Shown here: positions 48,845 through 56,216 of the stretch, piece after piece
Layout of the letters: each line of letters opens with the position of its first letter
Position numbering within the stretch: the stretch's first letter is position 1
From: an uncultured Caulobacterales bacterium
Lineage (GTDB): Bacteria; Pseudomonadota; Alphaproteobacteria; Caulobacterales; Caulobacteraceae
DNA: 64,000 nt
Direction of reading: 5' to 3'
NCBI GenBank assembly: GCA_903840435.1
Contig: CAIMFV010000006.1
Location: 22,415-86,414 of the forward strand
Notes under the pieces: model-generated
Seen by the model: the letters and a program-made list of their open reading frames with translations, nothing else
Told to the model about the DNA's origin: nothing
Database searches by the model: none
Program-made: the position numbers and the translations under genes

Positions 48845-49762
48845 CTACCTCCGGTTGCGACTTTCACCGGGCTTGCGCTCTCGCGACATCAGGGGTTGAT
48901 CCTCGAAGTCGTAGCGCAGCAAGGTCGCCTGTTCGATATTGACCAGGATGCGACAGGCTGTGGCGGCTTCCTCCGGCGTTGGCGTCGGCCCAAGGGCGGC
49001 AGTGAGTTTCGGGGTATAGTCGTCGCATTGAGCGCGCCGGTAACGCACAAAGGCGGGCCCGCTCTGACGGAAGTCGCGGTCGGCAATATCGACAAAATCT
49101 TGCCATTCGTCCCAATCGTCGAGCACGCGGCGGACCCGTCGTCGGGCGCTGGCTAATCGCCTCAGGCTGGTGGCTTCCTGGGATTTCAATTTCGATAATC
49201 GATCCGCTCCCGCGCCCGCGAGGCGCCAGATGTCGGTCAAGCGATAGGGGCCGTGCGGACCGCCGCGGCCCGGCTTGATCTGCATGGGCGCCTTACCAGC
49301 CGTTTCTTGCAGCAGCGACCGCCGATGCAGGTCCATCCAAAATTGGCAGGCGTGAACCTGCCTCAGCCTATGCATGGTTCCGCCAGCCGCTGCGTGGCTC
49401 AGCCGATCACAATTGATCAATCTTAGCTGCTTATAGGCGCGGGCCGCCCGCCTTCCAGACAAGATGAGAGCCGTCGTTGCGGAAAGGTCGGTTAGCCGCG
49501 TCTGCGCCTTCGACAGTATCGCTTGATCAAGGCGGCCCAATTTCGGTTCAAAACGGTGTTGAATTGCAATGAAGCATCTGTCTATGCCAGCTTCAGAATA
49601 GGATGGGCAACCTTCAATATCATTTAATATATCGTAGTATTCTCTGTATAAAAAGGGCGACTCTCGCAAAAAATTGAGACGGAGCTCCGGATTATGGGCG
49701 TCAACTGGGGAAAAATGGGAAAATGATATAAATATAAATAGAATAAAAATTGCAAATTTCAT
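48845..49762 (-). CDS. Family A paralog 4: secreted DUF1311/LprI-like protein
   Basis: Signal peptide MKFAIFILFIFISFSHFSPVDA; C-terminal half near-identical to paralog 3. Confidence 0.75.
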   Translation of the reverse strand: MKFAIFILFIFISFSHFSPVDAHNPELRLNFLRESPFLYREYYDILNDIEGCPSYSEAGIDRCFIAIQHRFEPKLGRLDQAILSKAQTRLTDLSATTALILSGRRAARAYKQLRLINCDRLSHAAAGGTMHRLRQVHACQFWMDLHRRSLLQETAGKAPMQIKPGRGGPHGPYRLTDIWRLAGAGADRLSKLKSQEATSLRRLASARRRVRRVLDDWDEWQDFVDIADRDFRQSGPAFVRYRRAQCDDYTPKLTAALGPTPTPEEAATACRILVNIEQATLLRYDFEDQPLMSRERKPGESRNRR

Positions 49763-50167
49763 GGGTAAAATCCGAGATGTTCAAGTTAATATTTCCATAT
49801 TCATCTAGATGTGACGCTATGCGCCCTTAAGTGATGTCTGGGGTGGAGCGGGGACGTTCCATTGAATGCCCGGCGAGGGGCGGCGGTGCTGCCATGGGTT
49901 TGGCTGATCCCATCCGAGGTATCCCCGAGACCTCCCGCCCCAGTGCCTTTGGGCCTAGTGGTTAAGGGCGCGAGGGGCAATTGGTCGATACTTTTGCCAA
50001 GCGAGTCGGGGATCACGGGTAAAGATGCCGCCCCTCTTAGATCGCCAGCCGTGCTGAGGCCTTCCAACAGCTTGGGGGAAGATATCTGAACCTCCATGGA
50101 CCATCGTTCGTCCAGATGACATGACGTCGCGTCACTCAAATTCCGAAGGTCGTCGAGCGGGCGGAGG
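49763..50167 (-). pseudogene. Highly decayed family B remnant (no intact reading frame)
   Basis: Nucleotide similarity to B LysM region (ggtgctgccatgggtttggctga vs ggtgctgccatagattttggcga of intact copy) but frameshifted; occupies the position where a B gene precedes each A gene. Confidence 0.4.
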
Positions 50168-51145
50168 TTATCCGTTTTGACGTCGTGAGTGTCCCTCGCC
50201 GCGCTTGCGCGCCTCAGAAAGCAGGGGTTGTCCGTCAAACGTGTAGCGCAGCAGGGTCGCCTCTTCGATATTGACCAGGATGCGACACGCCATGGCCGCT
50301 TCCCTCGGCGTCGGCCCCCTGCCAAGAGCGGCGGCAAGTTTTGGTGTGTAGTCGTCGCATTGGGCCTGACGGTAGCGCGCCAGGGCGGGCCAGCTTTGCC
50401 GGACGTCCTTCTCTGTGAGTTCAAAATATTTTTGCATCTCATCCCAGTCGTCCAGCACCCGCCTCACCCGCCGTTTGGCGCGCGCGAGCCGCGCGAGGCT
50501 GAGCCGTTCTTGAGCCTGTAAACGGGTCAATCGGTCGTCGCCCGAACCGGCGCGCCGCCAAATGTCCGCCAAGCGGTAGGGGCCGTGCGGGCCGTTACGC
50601 CTGGGCTTTACCCGCATGGGGGGCTCGCCATCCGTTTCTCGCAGCAGAGACCGTCGATGTAGGTCCATCCAAAATTGGCAGGCCCAAACCCCGCGCAGGG
50701 TATGCATTCTGCCGCCGTTTGATGAGCGTTGGAGATGATCACAATTTATCTGGCGTAGGTGAAGATAGGCCAGGGAGGCGCTTTGTTTTGCCTTTGACAG
50801 GATGTCTAGGGATGCTTTTTCGCCTGCCTCAGAGGCGGCGTTAGCGAAAACCTCTGCATCGACCTGGTTCAACTTGTCGGAAAGATGTTGGACAATCTCC
50901 TCAAAACAGGCATCGAGATCGCCTTCAGAATAAATTCCACATCCCGGTACATCATCAATTACGTCGTCCGGCTCTTGATAGAGAAATTTCGATTCATCTA
51001 ATAATTTAAAATCAGGGTGCCACAAGGCAATATGTTTCGCCCAAGCTGGACTCTGATACATAAATAAAAAACAAAGACAAAACAAAACGCCGATTTTAAG
51101 GGTATATTTTAATGTAATCAAGTATATATTGAACTTTTTCTTCAT
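50168..51145 (-). CDS. Family A paralog 5: secreted DUF1311/LprI-like protein; start overlaps 3' end of family B copy 1 by about 50 nt in another frame
   Basis: Signal peptide KIGVLFCLCFLFMYQSPAWA; conserved C-terminal half. Confidence 0.75.
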   Translation of the reverse strand: MKKKFNIYLITLKYTLKIGVLFCLCFLFMYQSPAWAKHIALWHPDFKLLDESKFLYQEPDDVIDDVPGCGIYSEGDLDACFEEIVQHLSDKLNQVDAEVFANAASEAGEKASLDILSKAKQSASLAYLHLRQINCDHLQRSSNGGRMHTLRGVWACQFWMDLHRRSLLRETDGEPPMRVKPRRNGPHGPYRLADIWRRAGSGDDRLTRLQAQERLSLARLARAKRRVRRVLDDWDEMQKYFELTEKDVRQSWPALARYRQAQCDDYTPKLAAALGRGPTPREAAMACRILVNIEEATLLRYTFDGQPLLSEARKRGEGHSRRQNG

Positions 51146-51860
51146 AGTGCGCTCCTGCTTTTCGATTGTATTTATCTTTCAAGAGTTTTTTATCAATTGT
51201 GTCCCAGCCGAATATCACTCTCATAACTTTCGCCTTCTGCACTTTCACCTTTTGATGAGGGCGTAGAGCGGACGATCCATTTAGTCGCCTTAAGTGATCT
51301 GTCGTGCTGCCATAGTGTCGGGCGATGGCGTCAAGTGTGTCACCTTTCGCGGCCTCGATCTCAAATATGGGTGCACCTGGCTCCACAACCGTCCTGAGGT
51401 CCGACTGCGAGGCCACGACAAGGACATAGCCAATCGCTGCGCGAATGTTATCCTGCGGGTTCGAAGTGGCACTCGCGGATAACCGTTCCTGCCACTGAGC
51501 TGGGACGATGATCTTTCCCGCTCCGTTTGGCCTGAGAACGTCGCGCAAGCCGGGATCACCGGAATTACCAATTTGCATGGGCCGTCTGTTCCAACTCGGA
51601 TCGCCGGGGTCGTTTTCCGCCCAAATTATGGCTTTCATCAACGAAAAGTCGGGGGAGCGATATCCCGCGACGCCGCGCAGATTTCGATCATAGTCTTTGA
51701 TGGTCGTCCGAATCTCACTTTCATAATCCCGCCAGTGCGGTCCGGGAACGTTTCTATCAACGCCGTCCATCCACTTCGCCAAACCCGGCGGAACATTGGC
51801 CGAGCGCACGGGTCGTTGCACCTTGGGTTTTGCAGGATGTTTAACCGCTGTTTCGGCCAT
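51096..51860 (-). CDS. Family B copy 1: SLT-type lytic transglycosylase-like + LysM protein, no signal peptide; first gene of the array
   Basis: Start placed at MAETAVKHPAKPKVQRP (ATG 51860) matching start of copy 2; ORF-track extension to 52214 would overlap SRP RNA and is rejected. Confidence 0.75.
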   Translation of the reverse strand: MAETAVKHPAKPKVQRPVRSANVPPGLAKWMDGVDRNVPGPHWRDYESEIRTTIKDYDRNLRGVAGYRSPDFSLMKAIIWAENDPGDPSWNRRPMQIGNSGDPGLRDVLRPNGAGKIIVPAQWQERLSASATSNPQDNIRAAIGYVLVVASQSDLRTVVEPGAPIFEIEAAKGDTLDAIARHYGSTTDHLRRLNGSSALRPHQKVKVQKAKVMRVIFGWDTIDKKLLKDKYNRKAGAHYEEKVQYILDYIKIYP

Positions 51861-52038
51861 TGGGGCTCCAGAGCTCATGGAGCGCGCGGCGCAATTTTGC
51901 GACCCCGCGCACGAAACCCTAATTTCTAGCCTCCCTCGCATCGCCCTTGCCATGTGACATGGCGTCGCGGCGCGGTGGTGATGGCGCGGGATGCGAGCGC
52001 TTACGGCCCTTGCTAAGCGCAGGCTTGCGCGCGATATA

Positions 52039-52144
52039 GGCGGTGGAGACTGGCGCCGGGCGCAGCCCTCGCCAACCCGGTCAGGTCCGGAAGGAAGCAG
52101 CCGTAACGAGTTTCGCGGCGGGTCGGCGTCCAGTCTCCACCCCA
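52039..52144 (+). ncRNA. ffs: Signal recognition particle RNA (4.5S-type SRP RNA)
   Basis: Contains conserved domain IV sequence GGUCAGGUCCGGAAGGAAGCAGCC; terminal helix GGUGGAGACUGG...CCAGUCUCCACC; canonical position immediately upstream of dnaX. Confidence 0.8.
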
Positions 52145-52167
52145 CACTCGCAAGCCGAAATAGGGCG

Positions 52168-54042
52168 ATGGCCGCAGACGATCCGACGCCCGACATCGAC
52201 GCCGACGACCCCAAGGCTTTGGACGGTCCAGACGCGCGCGATGACTTGACCTCTGATATGTTCGGCGGCCCGCCACCGAAAGAGGAGCCGCCGGTCGAAC
52301 TTCAGGCCGAACCGCGCGAACCGCTGACTGACCCATCCGGCGCCGCCTATCAGGTCTTGGCGCGCAAATACCGGCCGCGCACCTTTGAGGACCTGATCGG
52401 CCAAGAGGCCATGGTGCGCACCCTTACCAATGCGTTTGCGTCGGGTCGGATTGCCCATGCCTTTATGCTGACCGGGGTGCGCGGCGTCGGCAAGACCACC
52501 ACGGCGCGCTTGCTGGCGCGGGCCTTGAACTATGAGACCGACCAGATTAACCGCCCCTCAGTGGCCTTGAGCCACGAAGGCCGCCATTGCCGGGCCATTA
52601 TCGAAGGTCGGCACATGGATGTGCTGGAGCTCGACGCCGCCAGCCGCACCAAGGTTGATGAGATGCGCGAGCTGTTGGACGGCGCGCGGTATTCGCCGGT
52701 GGAGGCGCGCTATAAGGTCTATGTCATCGACGAAGTGCACATGCTGTCGACGGCCTCGTTCAATGCCTTGTTGAAGACCCTGGAAGAGCCGCCGCCGCAC
52801 GTCAAATTCATCTTCGCCACTACCGAAATTCGCAAGGTGCCGGTGACCATTTTGTCGCGCTGTCAAAGATTTGATCTGCGCCGGGTCGAGCCGGACGTGT
52901 TGATCCAGCGGCTGAAATCGATTTGCGACGCTGAAGATGTTCGGGTCGCCGAGGAAGGGCTGGCCCTGATTGCCCGGGCTGCGGAAGGCTCGGTGCGCGA
53001 CGCCCTGTCGCTACTCGATCAAGCCATTGTTCAGACCGATCGCGGCCAGACCACGCCCGCCGCCGTGGTGCGCGACATGTTGGGGCTCGCGGACCGCGCT
53101 GCGACCATTGCCCTCTTTGAGCAGGTAATGGCGGGCGCCGCCGACGCAGCGCTGCAGCAGTTTCGCAGCCTCTATGCCTTTGGGGCCGATCCGGTCGTGG
53201 TGGTCAATGATCTGATGGATCACGCCCACGGGGCTTCGGTGTGCAAGATGCTCGGGCCTGATGCCTTGGTCTTGCCCAAGGACCAAGCGGCCCGTTTGGC
53301 GGCCTTGGGCGCTGAGGCCTCGGCGGGCGCCTTGTCGCGGGTTTGGCAAATGCTGTTGAAAGCTCATGACGAAGCCCGCCGCGCCCCCGATCCAAAGGCT
53401 GCGGTCGAGATGGCGCTGATCCGCATCTGTTACGCCGCTGACCTACCCGGCCCGGAAGAGGCGTTGAAACGCCTGCGTGGCGGTGAAGATCCAGCCCGTG
53501 TGCTGGCCCAGGAGGGCCCGTCGCCTGCGGGGGGCGCACGGGGGGCGTCAAGTTCTGGGCTGGGCGGAAATGCAGCCCTGGCCCGCAGCACGGTTGCGCC
53601 TGCGCCGCGGGCGGAAGCCAAGCGGGTACTAAACGCCTTTCAAGATGTGGTGCGCCTGATTGAAGACAAACGCGACGTCACATTGAAACACGATGTCGAA
53701 CGGTTTGTTCGCTTGGTCGACTTTAAGCCCGGACTGATCACCTTTGAACCTGCGCCGGGCGCGCCCGCCAACCTCACTCAGCGCCTGACCGGACGGCTGC
53801 GCGAGTGGACGGGCGATCGGTGGATGGCCGAGATCAAGGGCGGCGGAACCGAAAGCACCTCCGAACGGGAGCGCCGGGAAGAGCGCGACGCCCGCACGGC
53901 GCTCGAGGCCGAGCCCTTTGTCCAGGCGGTGTTTGAGGCTTTTCCGGGGGCCGAGATCATCGCGTTTCGCCAGCGTCCGGCCGTGGCGGCGACGCCTGAG
54001 ACTGAAACCGGCGATGAGGGTGATGAGGGAGACGCCGAATGA
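52168..54042 (+). CDS. dnaX: DNA polymerase III subunits gamma/tau
   Basis: Walker A GVRGVGKTT, DEVHML, SRC box (LSRCQRF); start placed at MAADDPTPD downstream of ffs. Confidence 0.9.
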   Translation: MAADDPTPDIDADDPKALDGPDARDDLTSDMFGGPPPKEEPPVELQAEPREPLTDPSGAAYQVLARKYRPRTFEDLIGQEAMVRTLTNAFASGRIAHAFMLTGVRGVGKTTTARLLARALNYETDQINRPSVALSHEGRHCRAIIEGRHMDVLELDAASRTKVDEMRELLDGARYSPVEARYKVYVIDEVHMLSTASFNALLKTLEEPPPHVKFIFATTEIRKVPVTILSRCQRFDLRRVEPDVLIQRLKSICDAEDVRVAEEGLALIARAAEGSVRDALSLLDQAIVQTDRGQTTPAAVVRDMLGLADRAATIALFEQVMAGAADAALQQFRSLYAFGADPVVVVNDLMDHAHGASVCKMLGPDALVLPKDQAARLAALGAEASAGALSRVWQMLLKAHDEARRAPDPKAAVEMALIRICYAADLPGPEEALKRLRGGEDPARVLAQEGPSPAGGARGASSSGLGGNAALARSTVAPAPRAEAKRVLNAFQDVVRLIEDKRDVTLKHDVERFVRLVDFKPGLITFEPAPGAPANLTQRLTGRLREWTGDRWMAEIKGGGTESTSERERREERDARTALEAEPFVQAVFEAFPGAEIIAFRQRPAVAATPETETGDEGDEGDAE

Positions 54043-54359
54043 AAGATATTGCACAGCTGATGAAGCAGGCGGGCGCTCTGCAAGCGAAGATGAAGGATGC
54101 GCAAGCCCGACTAGCGGCCAGCTCGGTCACCGGACAGGCAGGCTCTGGCCTCGTCGTTGTCACCCTTTCTGGCGCGGGTGCGCTTACCGCACTTTCAATC
54201 GACGACAGCCTGATGCAGCCCGGCGACGCTGAGGCCTTGCAGGACTTGATTGTCGCCGCCCATGCTGCGGCGCGCCAAAGGCTTGAGGCGCTTCAGGCCG
54301 AGGTGATGCGCGACGCCGCCGGTCCCTTGGCCAATATGCCCGGCTTTCCGGGGTTTTGA
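54039..54359 (+). CDS. ybaB: Nucleoid-associated protein YbaB/EbfC
   Basis: 106 aa, MKDIAQLMKQAGALQAKM N-terminus; dnaX-ybaB-recR synteny. Confidence 0.85.
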   Translation: MKDIAQLMKQAGALQAKMKDAQARLAASSVTGQAGSGLVVVTLSGAGALTALSIDDSLMQPGDAEALQDLIVAAHAAARQRLEALQAEVMRDAAGPLANMPGFPGF

Positions 54360-54365
54360 GGTCGC

Positions 54366-54968
54366 ATGGCCGCCGCCGCCGGGCCTGAGATTGAGCGCTT
54401 GATTCAGCTCTTGTCGAAATTGCCGGGTCTGGGTCCTCGGTCGGGTCGACGGGCAGCGCTGCAATTGTTGAAGCGCAAGGACCAGCTGATGCGGCCCTTG
54501 GCTGAGGCCCTGACCTTGGCGGCGGACCGGGTGCGCGCCTGTTCGACCTGCGGCGCGCTGGATACGTCAGACCCTTGCGCCATCTGCGCCGACGGCACCC
54601 GCGATGGGACCGTCCTGGTGGTCGTAGAAGATGTCGGCGGCCTCTGGGCGATGGAGCGCAGCGGCGCGCACCGCGGCCGTTATCACGTGCTCGGTGGCCT
54701 TTTATCGGCCTTGGACGGGGTCGGGCCCGACGACCTGCGCATTGAAGGGCTGTTGCAGCGCGCGGGCGGCCAGGACGTCGCCGAGGTGGTGCTGGCCCTT
54801 CCCGCAACGGTGGACGGTCAAACCACCTCCCACTATCTGGCCGAGCGATTAACGGGTTTAGGCGTCGCGGTGACCAGCCTCGCGCGCGGCGTGCCGGTCG
54901 GCGGTGATCTGGATTGGCTCGACGACGGCACCATCAACCAAGCCTTGCGCGCCAGAAGGCCTGCTTAA
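54366..54968 (+). CDS. recR: Recombination protein RecR
   Basis: HhH ([13 protein letters not shown]), Cys4 zinc finger (CSTCGA..CAIC), Toprim. Confidence 0.9.
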   Translation: MAAAAGPEIERLIQLLSKLPGLGPRSGRRAALQLLKRKDQLMRPLAEALTLAADRVRACSTCGALDTSDPCAICADGTRDGTVLVVVEDVGGLWAMERSGAHRGRYHVLGGLLSALDGVGPDDLRIEGLLQRAGGQDVAEVVLALPATVDGQTTSHYLAERLTGLGVAVTSLARGVPVGGDLDWLDDGTINQALRARRPA

Positions 54969-55117
54969 AAGAGAAGGCCTGCTTGAAGGAGGAGGCCTGC
55001 TTAAAAGAGGAGGCCTGCTTAAAAGAGGAGGCCTGCTTAAAAGAGGAGGCCTGCTTAAAAGAGGAGGCCTGCTTAAAAGAGAAGGCCTGCTTGAAGGAGG
55101 CGGGCTTGCCTAACTTC
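54956..55117. repeat. Tandem repeat, 18-bp unit AGGCCTGCTTAAAAGAGG (variant ..TTGAAGGAGG), about 9 copies
   Basis: Seen directly; fills whole convergent intergenic space; first unit contains recR stop codon, last unit overlaps stop of 55110-55991 gene. Confidence 0.85.
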
Positions 55118-55991
55118 GTGGCGCGGGTGCTGGCGTGACAAAACACCCTTGAGCGGAAGCCTCTGCAAGGCCCGGGGCGTGGCGAATATCGTGACAAAAT
55201 CCCACAGCCGCTTCGCGCGTCGCGAAGGGGCCTGCTCGCAGGCGGTGAAGGATGCGACCACTCACCGTTGCGTCCTCAACATAGATCGAGGCGCCTTCCG
55301 GTAGCGCGAGCTTCCTGGCGATCACCTGATCATAATGGGCGGCCGCCTGTTCGGCGCTGTCCGAGGCATAGAGCTGGACAAAGCTTAGCGGGCCCTGGGC
55401 GAGGTTCGGCGTTGCGACCCAACTGGGCTCAAGCTTTGCTGGGCGCAGTCGAAGTCCGGTCGTGGGGCTTGGCAGCGCAGGCGGGGGCGGAGTCGCGGGC
55501 CTTTGACACAGCCGATCTGCGATCTCGAACAGATAGGTGCCCGCCAATATCGGGCTCCATACGAATTGGGTCGGTCGGCTTACAACCTCGCCGCTCTGTC
55601 GTGGCGCTGAAAACACCCTGAAGGACAGGGTGCGTGCTTGGCGCTGGTGGCAGTCCAATTCGGTGAGGATCTGGGAGGAGGGGCCACCTTGCAGCGCCGC
55701 TGCCGACTCGCTCAAGGCCTCAAGATTCAAGACAATCCCGGATCGCACGCTCGCAGAGGTCATATGTCCTTGATCGGCAATGCTGACAACCAAATCCTGA
55801 CCGACCGAAACCACCGAGGTCGCTCGCACTGCGTCGTCGGCAGCTGATCGTCCAATCAAGACGAACATTGCCAATGCAAGGCCCAGCCAAGCCGAGCCGA
55901 GGGCCACCTTGCGCCGAAAAGTCTGGCGATTCCCTTTTCCGCCTTCTGCAAAAGGCTCGACCATCGCGCTCTGCGACCCCGTTTTAACCAT
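55110..55991 (-). CDS. SPOR-domain-containing protein (septal peptidoglycan-binding), membrane anchored
   Basis: N-terminal TM (LGSAWLGLALAMFVLIG), Pro-rich linker, C-terminal SPOR-like block (RLRAGPFATREAAVGFCHDIR). Confidence 0.55.
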   Translation of the reverse strand: MVKTGSQSAMVEPFAEGGKGNRQTFRRKVALGSAWLGLALAMFVLIGRSAADDAVRATSVVSVGQDLVVSIADQGHMTSASVRSGIVLNLEALSESAAALQGGPSSQILTELDCHQRQARTLSFRVFSAPRQSGEVVSRPTQFVWSPILAGTYLFEIADRLCQRPATPPPPALPSPTTGLRLRPAKLEPSWVATPNLAQGPLSFVQLYASDSAEQAAAHYDQVIARKLALPEGASIYVEDATVSGRILHRLRAGPFATREAAVGFCHDIRHAPGLAEASAQGCFVTPAPAPRS

Positions 55992-56216
55992 CCAAAATCA
56001 GCCAAGCTCTGAGCGCTTGTAAGTAACAATGTTACAAATTGTCGCACTTGGGTAAATTTAACAGTCGATTATGAATAATAAGTAGGTTGCGATTTTTTGT
56101 CGCGACCAAAGTTATAGAGGAAAACGATTAAATGACTTAGAGAGTATGGAGAAGGGTGAGCAGCCATTCGCCTCAGAGGTGAGTGTTTTTATTGGTTCAC
56201 CCCGATTTTAATTGGT

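Noticed and set aside
49801-50442. 213-aa minus-strand ORF spanning the A5 3' end and the degenerate spacer
   Set aside because: It is out of frame with the A5 gene, and its translation has low-complexity junk composition. The spacer is better explained as a decayed family B remnant.
51861-52214. N-terminal extension of the 51096-52214 ORF (372 aa) upstream of MAETAVKHP
   Set aside because: The extension has no homology to the paralogous B copy, which starts MVETTLKHR. It would also run through the SRP RNA gene and dnaX promoter region on the opposite strand.
54904-55197. ORFs translating the 18-bp tandem repeat as (GLLKRG)n or (ACLKEE)n, or as (SFKQAS)n on the minus strand
   Set aside because: They lie between the recR stop and the convergent SPOR-gene stop, and no start or RBS is evident. 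They are more parsimoniously a non-coding minisatellite, although a repeat-peptide cannot be fully excluded.
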